The translations under genes were made by a program, and so were the position numbers. 31,940 nt of DNA from Candidatus Nanopusillus sp. (lineage in GTDB: Archaea; Nanobdellota; Nanobdellia; Nanobdellales; Nanobdellaceae): positions 1 to 31,940 of the forward strand of contig DAIUEN010000002.1 in NCBI GenBank assembly GCA_036845085.1, written 5' to 3'. Under the pieces are notes generated by a model. The model was not told where the DNA came from. It searched no databases and was given only the letters and a program-made list of their open reading frames with translations. Each line of letters begins with the position of its first letter. Position 1 is the first letter of the stretch. Positions 17,551-25,197 of this stretch are shown here, in pieces.

Positions 17551-18030
17551 ATTTTTACGAATTTTAATATACTTACTATTATATCCTTTTAATCCTTCTT
17601 CCAAGAGCCTTTTTGCTATATTCTCATACTCAACTAAAATTTTATCAGGTTTAAAAAATTCTTCAATATTTTTGATTATATACTCTTTATTTGGAACTAT
17701 TTCGTCAAATGAGGGTTTTCCGAATATTATGTTTAAAACACCAAAAGATGATAATATTTTTATAGCATATATGGGTTGTAAATCAACAACATCAAATACA
17801 TCTAATTTTCTTACCGTAAAGAAAGATGTATATATTGGATACTCATTTATAAAAGTCATTGGTATAAATCCATAATAGAAATTATATTTGTTATTTTCAT
17901 TTATATAACTGCTCATATTTAGTCCATAGTCCAATATTTTAATACTATTAGAACCTGGTGTATTTAGTATCACTCCTTTATATATTTCAGGAAATTTTGG
18001 GTTTTGATCTATATGCAAAAGTTTTTCCAT
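17545..18030 (-). CDS. Family I inorganic pyrophosphatase-like protein with degenerate active site
   Basis: Start taken at the internal Met (ATG 18030), because the longer track ORF would overlap rps6e. PEIYKGVILNTPGSNSIKILD resembles PEvvyalIEIPKGSrNKYElD, YYGFIPMT resembles NYGfIPqT, and EEFFKPDK resembles hFFkrYK. The D-x-D-P-x-D signature is absent. Confidence 0.45.
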   Translation of the reverse strand: MEKLLHIDQNPKFPEIYKGVILNTPGSNSIKILDYGLNMSSYINENNKYNFYYGFIPMTFINEYPIYTSFFTVRKLDVFDVVDLQPIYAIKILSSFGVLNIIFGKPSFDEIVPNKEYIIKNIEEFFKPDKILVEYENIAKRLLEEGLKGYNSKYIKIRKNL

Positions 18031-18090
18031 AAAAATATTTTTATTTTTGTTTAAATATAAGTTTTTAACTTTTATTATTACAATAGATTT

Positions 18091-18486
18091 ATGGCTAATA
18101 AAAGAAAAGAAATCATATTTAAAGTTGTTGTATCTGATAAAAAAAGTGGAAAAGCTATTCAAGTTGAGAGTAGAGACGTGTCTTTGATAGGTAAGAAAAT
18201 AGGGGATATAATTGATGGTAGTATAGTTAACTTGCCTGGATTTAAACTAAAAATAACTGGAGGGTCTGGATTTGAAGGAGCACCAATGTTTAAGAATATT
18301 GAAGGAACTGTAAAAAAATATGTATGGTATAACTATAAGAAAAATAGAGTAAAAAGACTTGGTAGGGGTAATACTATAGGGCCTGAAATTGTTCAAATAA
18401 ATACTGTTATAGAAGAATATGGAGAAAAAGATTTTGAAGAAATATATAAAGAATGGAGAGCTCAAAATCCTAAAAAAGAAGAATAA
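18091..18486 (+). CDS. rps6e: 30S ribosomal protein eS6 (S6e)
   Basis: FKVVVSDKKSGKAIQVE...LIGKKIGDIIDGS...GFKLKITGGSGFEGAPM is the S6e signature. Confidence 0.9.
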   Translation: MANKRKEIIFKVVVSDKKSGKAIQVESRDVSLIGKKIGDIIDGSIVNLPGFKLKITGGSGFEGAPMFKNIEGTVKKYVWYNYKKNRVKRLGRGNTIGPEIVQINTVIEEYGEKDFEEIYKEWRAQNPKKEE

Positions 18487-18494
18487 TTATCTAT

Positions 18495-19712
18495 ATGATT
18501 ATTTCTTTAGGTATAGAGTCCACAGCCCATACATATTCTATAGGAATTGTTGATGAAACTGGAAAAATATATTCCAATGAAAGAATATTATTTACAAGTG
18601 AAAAAGGTGGAATACATCCAAGGGAAGCTGCAGAATTACATTCAAAAGAGGCTATAAATATATTAAAAAGTTCTATACAAAAAGCCGGCTTTATAATAAA
18701 AAAAGCAAAAGATAAATTAATTATTTTTGATGCTTTATACGAAATAAAAAATAAATTAGAAAATATAACTGTTTTTGAAAGGTTTCATGAAGAACCTTGG
18801 AATAGATATAGATATTTGATTTTAGAAAATGGTGATGAAATATGGGTAGAAAATAATAAAATAAAATCTACTAATTCAGAATTTGAAGATAAATTTAATA
18901 CTTACCTAAAAAATTTAGAAGAGTTTGATCGAGTAATTAATTTGGTTTCTTATTCTGCAGGACCTGGATTATACCCAACTTTAGTACAGGCTAAATTTTC
19001 TGCTAATTTATTCTCTAAAATTTTTGATATACCACAAATAGGAGTTAATCACTTAATAGCACATGTAGAGATCGTAAAATTATATAATAACTTTAAAGAT
19101 CCTTTAGTGCTATTGGTATCTGGAGCAAATACAATGTTACTTGCTTTTGAGGGTGGAAAATATAGAATCTTTGGAGAAACGTTAGATATAGGGGTTGGTA
19201 ACTTTTTAGATAAAGTTGGAAGATTGCTAGGAATTGGTTTTCCAGCTGGTCCTAAAATAGAAGAATATGCTAAAAAAGGAAAAAATTTGATCGAATTACC
19301 ATATATAGTAAAAGGAATGGATATACAACTAGGTGGAATTTATACATATATAAAAAATTTGATAAAACAAAAAGAAATATCTACAGAAGATCTATCATAT
19401 TCTATACAAGAATATGTTTTTTCAATGATTGCAGAAATATCTGAAAGGGCTCTTGCCTTTCTAAATAAAAAAGAATTTGGATTAACTGGAGGGGTAGCTG
19501 CAAATAGGAGATTGCAGCAAATATTAAAGATTATGTGTAGAGAAAGAGGTGTAAAATTTGGAACTGTTCCTTTAGATTTGGCAAATGATAATGGAGCTAT
19601 GATAGCTTATACTGGAATATTATGGTATAAGAATGGTGTTAAATCTATAGAGAGTATAAATCCTTATTGGAGACCCGAAGAAGTTACTTTTCCTGAAAAT
19701 TATAAGATTTAA
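18495..19712 (+). CDS. kae1: KEOPS catalytic subunit Kae1 (tRNA t6A37 threonylcarbamoyltransferase) carrying a ~76-aa insertion
   Basis: GIESTAHT, GGIHPREAAELH, SAGPGL, metal site VNHLIAHVE, GGVAANRRL and NDNGAMIA are all conserved. 405 aa versus about 325-340 for typical archaeal Kae1. The extra segment lies between QKAGF and INLVSYSAGPG. Confidence 0.9.
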   Translation: MIISLGIESTAHTYSIGIVDETGKIYSNERILFTSEKGGIHPREAAELHSKEAINILKSSIQKAGFIIKKAKDKLIIFDALYEIKNKLENITVFERFHEEPWNRYRYLILENGDEIWVENNKIKSTNSEFEDKFNTYLKNLEEFDRVINLVSYSAGPGLYPTLVQAKFSANLFSKIFDIPQIGVNHLIAHVEIVKLYNNFKDPLVLLVSGANTMLLAFEGGKYRIFGETLDIGVGNFLDKVGRLLGIGFPAGPKIEEYAKKGKNLIELPYIVKGMDIQLGGIYTYIKNLIKQKEISTEDLSYSIQEYVFSMIAEISERALAFLNKKEFGLTGGVAANRRLQQILKIMCRERGVKFGTVPLDLANDNGAMIAYTGILWYKNGVKSIESINPYWRPEEVTFPENYKI

Positions 19713-19741
19713 AAATTGTAATTACAATTAATAAGTTTATA

Positions 19742-19873
19742 ATGAATGGGGTTGAAAAAGTTTTGGAATTAATAAAACTGAAGAGTTTATATAGGGCTCA
19801 GAATGTGGGTAAAAATACAAAAGCTTTAAGGAATTTGAGAAAGGAATTGGCTAAAGAATTAATAAAGAAATGA
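19742..19873 (+). CDS. rpl29: Short (43 aa) uL29-like ribosomal protein, not in the ORF track
   Basis: MNGVEKVLELIKLKSLYRAQNVGKNTKALRNLRKELAKELIKK matches the helical-hairpin core of L29 (eLkxELxxLRxqxxxGxxxNxxxirxlRKxiARil). The stop overlaps the SUI1 ATG as ATGA. The archaeal order L29-SUI1-Rpp29 is conserved. Confidence 0.5.
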   Translation: MNGVEKVLELIKLKSLYRAQNVGKNTKALRNLRKELAKELIKK

Positions 19874-20184
19874 AGAAAAAACTTTTTACAGGTTTACCAA
19901 TAGATATAGAAGAAGCTGTTAAAGAAGTTAGTAAAGAAGCTGAGAAAATTATAATAAGAGCCGAAAAGAGAAGTTATGGTAAAATAGTTACTTTAGTTGA
20001 GGGTATAGATCCCTCTATAGCTAAGGAAACATTAAAAAAACTAAAAACAAAACTTGGCTGTGGTGGTACTTATAAAGAAGGTATAATAGAATTGCAAGGA
20101 GATCATAGAGAAAAAGTAAGAGATCTTTTAATAGAGATGGGATATAACAAGAATAATATTGAAATAGTAAGTGAGATCTATTAA
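19870..20184 (+). CDS. sui1: Translation initiation factor aIF1 (SUI1 family)
   Basis: GKIVTLVEGID...LKKLKTKLGCGGTYKEGIIELQGDHREKVRDLLIEMGY is a classical SUI1 domain. Confidence 0.92.
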   Translation: MKKKLFTGLPIDIEEAVKEVSKEAEKIIIRAEKRSYGKIVTLVEGIDPSIAKETLKKLKTKLGCGGTYKEGIIELQGDHREKVRDLLIEMGYNKNNIEIVSEIY

Positions 20185-20449
20185 AGATTTCATAAAGTAC
20201 GAATTTATAGGATTAAGGATAGAAGTATATGAAAGTAAAATAAAATCTTTAGAGGGTATATATGGAGAAATTATTTATGAAACAAAGAATGTATTTTATA
20301 TTGAAACTGAAAATGGTGTAAAAATTGTTCCAAAGAAAATATCTAAATTTATTTTTTACTACAATGATTATATTATTTTTTTAGATGGGTCTATAATAGA
20401 TGAAAGACCTTGGGATAGGATTAAAATTAGAATAAGAAAAAAACTATGA
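20171..20449 (+). CDS. rnp1: RNase P protein component 1 (Rpp29/Pop4)
   Basis: FIGLRIEVYESKIKSLEGIYGEIIYETKNVFYIETENGVKIVPKKISKFIF...DGSIIDERPWDRIK matches the Rpp29 Sm-like barrel pattern. GTG start overlaps SUI1 by 14 nt. Confidence 0.85.
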   Translation: MRSIKDFIKYEFIGLRIEVYESKIKSLEGIYGEIIYETKNVFYIETENGVKIVPKKISKFIFYYNDYIIFLDGSIIDERPWDRIKIRIRKKL

Positions 20450-22261
20450 TAATAATTTTTTTATTTCAGAGTTACTATATCTGTTGTCTATGAATATTAT
20501 ATTTGCTTCATCTCCAGGATATCTTATAGCTCTACCTATTACTTGCTTTATTTGTATATTTTTAATTGTTTCTGAAAAATCTATATAATCTATGTTATTA
20601 TCTTGTAGTATTTTATACGTTAAAATAGAAGCATTTGGTGGTGGTGGATAAGGCTTTCCAACAATAACAATAGTTTTTAATAGAGATTTTCCGTCTTTAA
20701 CCAATTCTATACCCTCTATAAACCTAGATCTTGCATATGTAAATATACATTCTTTTTCTGTTTTTAATATTCTATTTATAGGAATTTCTCCATTATCTAG
20801 AAATATTTTATTTTTTGTTTCTAAATCTAATAGATCAAAAATCTTCATCATAAATCCATATGATGGAAACATAAATAAAATATATCTTTCAAATTTATCC
20901 ATTATAAATCTTATATTACCTAATAAATTTTGTATATTATTTTTATCTTCTCTTATTGAAAATTTTGACGAAAAATTTGTTATTATCTCATAATTTTTCT
21001 TTCCTAAATTAATGTTTACTTTTATATATTCTATATGCTTTGGATTTACTTTATATAATTTAGCAAATTCTTCTTTTGTAAAATTGCTACCAGACATAAG
21101 TATTATATTTTTATAATTGTTAAATATTTTAATTATCTTTTCGAATTTTGTAATATATCCCTCAATTCTAAACTTATTTAATATCCAGAATATATCTTTA
21201 TCCTGTAAATTATAATATAATTTAAGTATTTTCTGAATGTTCCATCTTTTTTTTGGTAGCTTAAGTTTATTTTTTGTTATATATCTCTTATAAGTTTCCC
21301 AATAGAATAATAAAGATTCTATTTGATTTAAATATTTTTCAAATATTTCTAATAATTTTTCACGTTCTACATAGATTTCTTTTTCTCTTTTAGACATTCT
21401 TGACAATATAATAGATATATCCTTTGTGTTAAAAGTTTTAGCTAATATATTTTCTATGTATGATATTAAATCATCAGAAAAAGACATAATACTTCTTTTT
21501 AGACTTTCATAATCTTCTAATTCTATCTTTAATACTTCTCTTAATATTAAAAGTTCTTTTTCTAATTCTTGGTACAACAAATTGTTTTCCTTTCTTTTAC
21601 CAAATCCTTTTTCTAAATATTTTTTTAAAGATACACTAAATGGATTTATTATTGTAGTAAGTAAATTATGAGATTCATCTAATATTAAGATATCTGGTTC
21701 TCCTTCTAGAGACAGTACCTCATTTAGATATAAATTAAATACATATGGATAAGTTGAGATATATATATTAGATTCAACTTTCTTAAACGAATGATATATG
21801 CATTTTGATTCTTTATTGTTTTTTATTTTTAATTTTTCTAGTTTTGTTATTTTTTTAAAATCATAGCCTGCTTTTTTAAGTATGCTATATAACTTTTTAG
21901 AGTCATATATTTTATTCTTATACTCACAGTCTGCACATATTATTTCTTCTCCAGAAAGATTAGAATCTATAAATATTGGACAAGTTTTTTTCTTATTTGG
22001 AAAAACTTTTAATAATGTATTGACCTTAAAAGAATCTTCTATATATCTTTTTATTTCTTCTGTAGTTCTTACTGCTATATGTATAATTTTTCCATTATTT
22101 TTAGATAAATAATCTGCTAATACCAATGCCATAATTGTTTTACCGGAACCTGTGGGAGAGTTTAATATTATAAATTTTTTATCTAGAGAATTTAATATTT
22201 TCTCTATGGTTTCAATTTGATATGGTCTATTTTTTAGGATTTTATATTTTTCTTCTAACAT
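20444..22261 (-). CDS. XPD/Rad3-like superfamily 2 DNA helicase with FeS-cluster domain
   Basis: Walker A SPTGSGKT, DEAH-type box LILDESHNL, four Cys spaced C-x14-C-x2-C-x41-C between motifs Ia and II (the XPD 4Fe-4S position), and motif VI QVIGRAIRYPGD. Confidence 0.8.
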   Translation of the reverse strand: MLEEKYKILKNRPYQIETIEKILNSLDKKFIILNSPTGSGKTIMALVLADYLSKNNGKIIHIAVRTTEEIKRYIEDSFKVNTLLKVFPNKKKTCPIFIDSNLSGEEIICADCEYKNKIYDSKKLYSILKKAGYDFKKITKLEKLKIKNNKESKCIYHSFKKVESNIYISTYPYVFNLYLNEVLSLEGEPDILILDESHNLLTTIINPFSVSLKKYLEKGFGKRKENNLLYQELEKELLILREVLKIELEDYESLKRSIMSFSDDLISYIENILAKTFNTKDISIILSRMSKREKEIYVEREKLLEIFEKYLNQIESLLFYWETYKRYITKNKLKLPKKRWNIQKILKLYYNLQDKDIFWILNKFRIEGYITKFEKIIKIFNNYKNIILMSGSNFTKEEFAKLYKVNPKHIEYIKVNINLGKKNYEIITNFSSKFSIREDKNNIQNLLGNIRFIMDKFERYILFMFPSYGFMMKIFDLLDLETKNKIFLDNGEIPINRILKTEKECIFTYARSRFIEGIELVKDGKSLLKTIVIVGKPYPPPPNASILTYKILQDNNIDYIDFSETIKNIQIKQVIGRAIRYPGDEANIIFIDNRYSNSEIKKLLS

Positions 22262-22305
22262 CTATTTTTAAATTTATATGTTATAAATTAATAAATCAAA
22301 AGATA

Positions 22306-22379
22306 GGGGCGGTAGCTCAGACCGGGAGAGCGTCCGGCTGAAGACCGGAAGGTCGTGGGTTCAAATCCCACCCGCCCCA
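22306..22379 (+). tRNA. tRNA-Phe (anticodon GAA)
   Basis: Acceptor GGGGCGG/CCGCCCC, anticodon arm TCCGG-CTGAAGA-CCGGA, T arm GTGGG-TTCAAAT-CCCAC, discriminator A. Confidence 0.92.
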
Positions 22380-22409
22380 CCTTTAAAAATAGAAAAGTAT
22401 AATAAAATT

Positions 22410-22937
22410 ATGAAAATAAAGTTAGATGACTTAAATATAGCTTATAAAATACTGCATCCAAGATTGGCCGTGATAATAGGATCTGGAAAATATAATAAAG
22501 AAGTTAACTTTATGGCTTGCAGCTGGATAACTCCAATTATGGAAAATATATTTGGAATAGCTATTGATAAGAGTACGTATACTTATCAGTTAATTGAAAA
22601 ATACAATATTTTTTCGGTTAATATACTATCATTCGATAAAAAAGATTTAATATACAAATTAGGGACAACTAGTGGAAAAGATATCAATAAGGTAAAGGAG
22701 TTTGGATTAAAAGTTTCTAAAGGAAACATTTTAGAAGTTCCAATATTAGAAGATAGTATTGCATTTGCAGAATGCAGAGTAATAAATAGTTTGGATTTTG
22801 AGGAAGTTAAGTTCTATGCTGGGAAAGTAGAGAATTTAGAATATGAAGATGAAATATTTGATAAGAGTTTTGGATATGATTTAAATAAAATCAAATTACC
22901 ATTCCATGTAAAAGGAAAATACTTTAGGTATATATAG
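22410..22937 (+). CDS. Flavin reductase-like FMN-binding split-barrel protein
   Basis: LHPRLAVIIGSG...NFMACSWITPI, GTTSGKDINKVKEFGL and PILEDSIAFAECRV follow the flavin reductase domain pattern. Confidence 0.75.
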   Translation: MKIKLDDLNIAYKILHPRLAVIIGSGKYNKEVNFMACSWITPIMENIFGIAIDKSTYTYQLIEKYNIFSVNILSFDKKDLIYKLGTTSGKDINKVKEFGLKVSKGNILEVPILEDSIAFAECRVINSLDFEEVKFYAGKVENLEYEDEIFDKSFGYDLNKIKLPFHVKGKYFRYI

Positions 22938-23562
22938 ATATATATTTTTCTATTTCTAATAAGTTCAATATTTTAGGATATTCAACTTCTGGATAATTCC
23001 AAGCTAATTTGAGTGGATATGGTGGATAAAATATTTTTTTGAATAACTTTATATCTATTTTTATCTTAGATAGGTTTATATTTTTGTCATCTATATAAAA
23101 GCATTCTTTTTCAATATCATAAAGATATTCTAATGCTTTGTTTAAGTCTTCAAAATCTCTTTCTCCGTATATTATTATGTCTTTAAAGTATTTTTTTATT
23201 CCTACTTTTTTTATTCTTTCTTTTTTCATATCTATTGTATCATCTTTAGAAGTAACTAGATACAAGTCTAAAGTTTTACTATATCTTTCTAAAAATTTTA
23301 TAGCATCAGAAAGCAAGATTTGATTTTCTGTTCTTAATTTCCAATAAATTTCTAAAACATATTCCCATTGATCTTTTAAAACCAATCTTAAGAATTTTTC
23401 TCTTTCGAATATTCCAAAATAATCTCCTAATTCTTCTACCATAAGCATAGCATTTACAAATCCACCATCTATCTTTAATTCTTCTTGTATTTTTTTGTAT
23501 ATTGATGGTATTATTGTATAACTATCTACTATAGTACCATCAAAGTCTAATATTCCTAACAT
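22924..23562 (-). CDS. HAD-superfamily hydrolase
   Basis: Motif I ILDFDGTIVDS (DxDxT), motif II LVTSK, and a distal K...YIDDK acid motif. Confidence 0.75.
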   Translation of the reverse strand: MLGILDFDGTIVDSYTIIPSIYKKIQEELKIDGGFVNAMLMVEELGDYFGIFEREKFLRLVLKDQWEYVLEIYWKLRTENQILLSDAIKFLERYSKTLDLYLVTSKDDTIDMKKERIKKVGIKKYFKDIIIYGERDFEDLNKALEYLYDIEKECFYIDDKNINLSKIKIDIKLFKKIFYPPYPLKLAWNYPEVEYPKILNLLEIEKYISIYT

Positions 23563-23566
23563 AGTA

Positions 23567-23884
23567 CTAGAATATTTCTCTATCTAATAGCATTTTATAT
23601 TCTAAAGTTAGTTTAATTATCTTCATTAAAGAATTATATGCTTCCGATTGCTTCTCAATTAATTTTACAAATATTCTATACTCATCTTCCTTCAGCATAG
23701 GTTCTTTTGTTTCTTTTTTGTTGAATTCTTCTAATTCTTCTAAAACTCCTATTATATATTCAAAGTCATCTTTTATTTTTTCAATTTCTTTTTTTATTTC
23801 ATTTGTTATTTTAGATTCTTCTATGTTTAGTAATTTATCGTGCTCCAAAGCTTTATCTAATATCTTTTTATCGTTTTCTTCCAT
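23567..23884 (-). CDS. Hypothetical acidic coiled-coil protein
   Basis: 105-aa Glu/Lys-rich ORF with heptad-like periodicity and no recognisable motif. TATA-like TTTTTATATT lies about 24 nt upstream of the ATG. Confidence 0.5.
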   Translation of the reverse strand: MEENDKKILDKALEHDKLLNIEESKITNEIKKEIEKIKDDFEYIIGVLEELEEFNKKETKEPMLKEDEYRIFVKLIEKQSEAYNSLMKIIKLTLEYKMLLDREIF

Positions 23885-23942
23885 AGATAAAAAGTGTACT
23901 TAGGAATATAAAAATCTTATTGAAAAAAATAAGTTATTGATA

Positions 23943-24251
23943 TTATAATGAGGCCTCTATTTTTTCATTTATGTCTTTTTCTATATTCCATATTTGTAAA
24001 CTTTTAGTATATATCTTTTTTGGTTCTTTTGTTTTGTCGTCAACTACTAATACAATTTTTCCAGTTACTAATTTGTTTGTTCCTACAGTTTCTTCTATTT
24101 TAAAACCCAATCTTTGTACAAGTTTTGTAAATTCTTTTTTGTAGTTATTTAGTATTTCTCTATCTTTTGCTGCAACAGCACCGTAAATGTATGTAATAAA
24201 ACTTCTTCCAGCAGGGTTTACAGGCCTCACTACTTCTATTTCTATTTCCAT
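23943..24251 (-). CDS. Possible 30S ribosomal protein eS24 (S24e)
   Basis: 102 aa. MEIEIEVVRPVNPAGRSFITYIY resembles MxIkIxxxkxNpLLxRkElxFxv, ETVGT...GKIVLVVDD resembles tEfG...GyakiYd, and EPKKIY resembles iEPkyil. The length is right but divergence is high. Confidence 0.45.
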   Translation of the reverse strand: MEIEIEVVRPVNPAGRSFITYIYGAVAAKDREILNNYKKEFTKLVQRLGFKIEETVGTNKLVTGKIVLVVDDKTKEPKKIYTKSLQIWNIEKDINEKIEASL

Positions 24252-24308
24252 TATATTTATATATAATATTAATATATAAGCATTATGTTAATATATATAT
24301 GAGATTAT

Positions 24309-24977
24309 ATGAAAGTTTTAGTGACCTCGGATTTGCATTTGCCCCTAAATTATAAAGAAGTACTAAATAGTTTTAGAGAAGTAAATGAAGAAATAGATAT
24401 TGCAATACTAGCTGGAGATATTGTAGATTCATATAACTTTATATATCTCAGGAAAATATATGAAATAATTTTAGAAAAATTTGGAAATATTGAAATTTTT
24501 GCAACTTTTGGCAATAATGAAGCATCTATCTTCCTTAATGATAAAAATAAAGAATATTTAAAAAAAGAGTATAATTTTATAAATTGGCTAGATTACGAAT
24601 ATGTAGATCTTGGAGATTATTATTTATTAGGATTTCAAGGATTTCCTGATAGAACTTGGAAATTATCTGATATAAGTAATCTAAAAAATTATTATTATAA
24701 TAAATTATCAGATATATTCAATAATATAAATAAAAAAACAATTTTATTTTCGCATTATGGTTTAATAAAAGAAACAGTTTTTGGAGACCCAGCACCATCT
24801 TGGTCTTTATATTCTGAGAAAATTCAGGAATTGATAACAAAATATATAGATAAAATAAAGATAGCATTTCACGGACATGCCCATTATGCTAGAATGTATA
24901 AATATAAAATAGATGATGTTGAAATATATAATGTATCTTTTTATATCCATAAAAAACCACTTATTTTTGAATTATAG
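24309..24977 (+). CDS. Calcineurin-like metallophosphoesterase
   Basis: Motifs in order: SDLHL, AGDIVD, GNNE, FSHYG, HGHAHY. Confidence 0.8.
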   Translation: MKVLVTSDLHLPLNYKEVLNSFREVNEEIDIAILAGDIVDSYNFIYLRKIYEIILEKFGNIEIFATFGNNEASIFLNDKNKEYLKKEYNFINWLDYEYVDLGDYYLLGFQGFPDRTWKLSDISNLKNYYYNKLSDIFNNINKKTILFSHYGLIKETVFGDPAPSWSLYSEKIQELITKYIDKIKIAFHGHAHYARMYKYKIDDVEIYNVSFYIHKKPLIFEL

Positions 24978-24996
24978 ATCTTTGTAGAGAATATTC

Positions 24997-25008
24997 TTAA
25001 AAATTTTA
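24997..25008 (+). promoter_or_regulatory. TATA-like box upstream of the intron-containing tRNA
   Basis: TTAAAAATTTTA is centred about 26 nt upstream of the mature tRNA 5' end (25028). The AT-rich background makes this weak. Confidence 0.3.
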
Positions 25009-25027
25009 GGAATAATTACTATTAAAT

Positions 25028-25130
25028 GCCGCCGTAGCTCAGCGGTTAGAGCGCCTGGCTCATAACCTATTAAAATCGATGGGTCTGGTGGGAAACCAGG
25101 AGGTCCGGGGTTCAAATCCCCGCGGCGGCA
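25028..25130 (+). tRNA. tRNA with anticodon CAT (elongator Met, or Ile2 if C34 is modified), interrupted by a ~30-nt intron at the canonical 37/38 position
   Basis: Acceptor GCCGCCG/CGGCGGC, D arm GCTC-AGCGGTTA-GAGC, anticodon stem CCTGG...CCAGG, loop CTCATA|intron 25065-25094|A, T arm CGGGG-TTCAAAT-CCCCG, discriminator A. Intron ATGGG (25079-25083) can pair with CTCAT (25059-25063). G1:C72 argues against an initiator. Confidence 0.85.
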
Positions 25131-25197
25131 TTATTTAAAAAGATTAAACTTTAATAAAAATTTTTTAATGAATCTTTTTGCTGTAATTATATAAAAT

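Noticed and set aside
18031-18162. N-terminal 44-codon extension of the PPase-like ORF (track start at 18162)
   Set aside because: It would overlap the divergent rps6e start by 72 nt. The extension is Phe/Asn/Lys low complexity, and the PPase-like similarity begins after the Met at 18030.
18693-18920. Kae1 insertion as an intein
   Set aside because: About 76 aa is too short. It lacks an N-terminal Cys/Ser, block B TxxH and a C-terminal His-Asn plus nucleophile, and the flanking extein residues do not fit.
23916-23933. Small hairpin CTTATT-GAAAAA-AATAAG between two minus-strand genes
   Set aside because: A 6-bp nearly all-A:T stem has negligible stability, especially for a thermophile, and is likely fortuitous.
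24252-24308. Apparent AT palindrome in the divergent intergenic region (TATATATAATATTAATATATA)
   Set aside because: Not a true inverted repeat on checking, since there are mismatches at the centre. It is best explained as two back-to-back TATA boxes.
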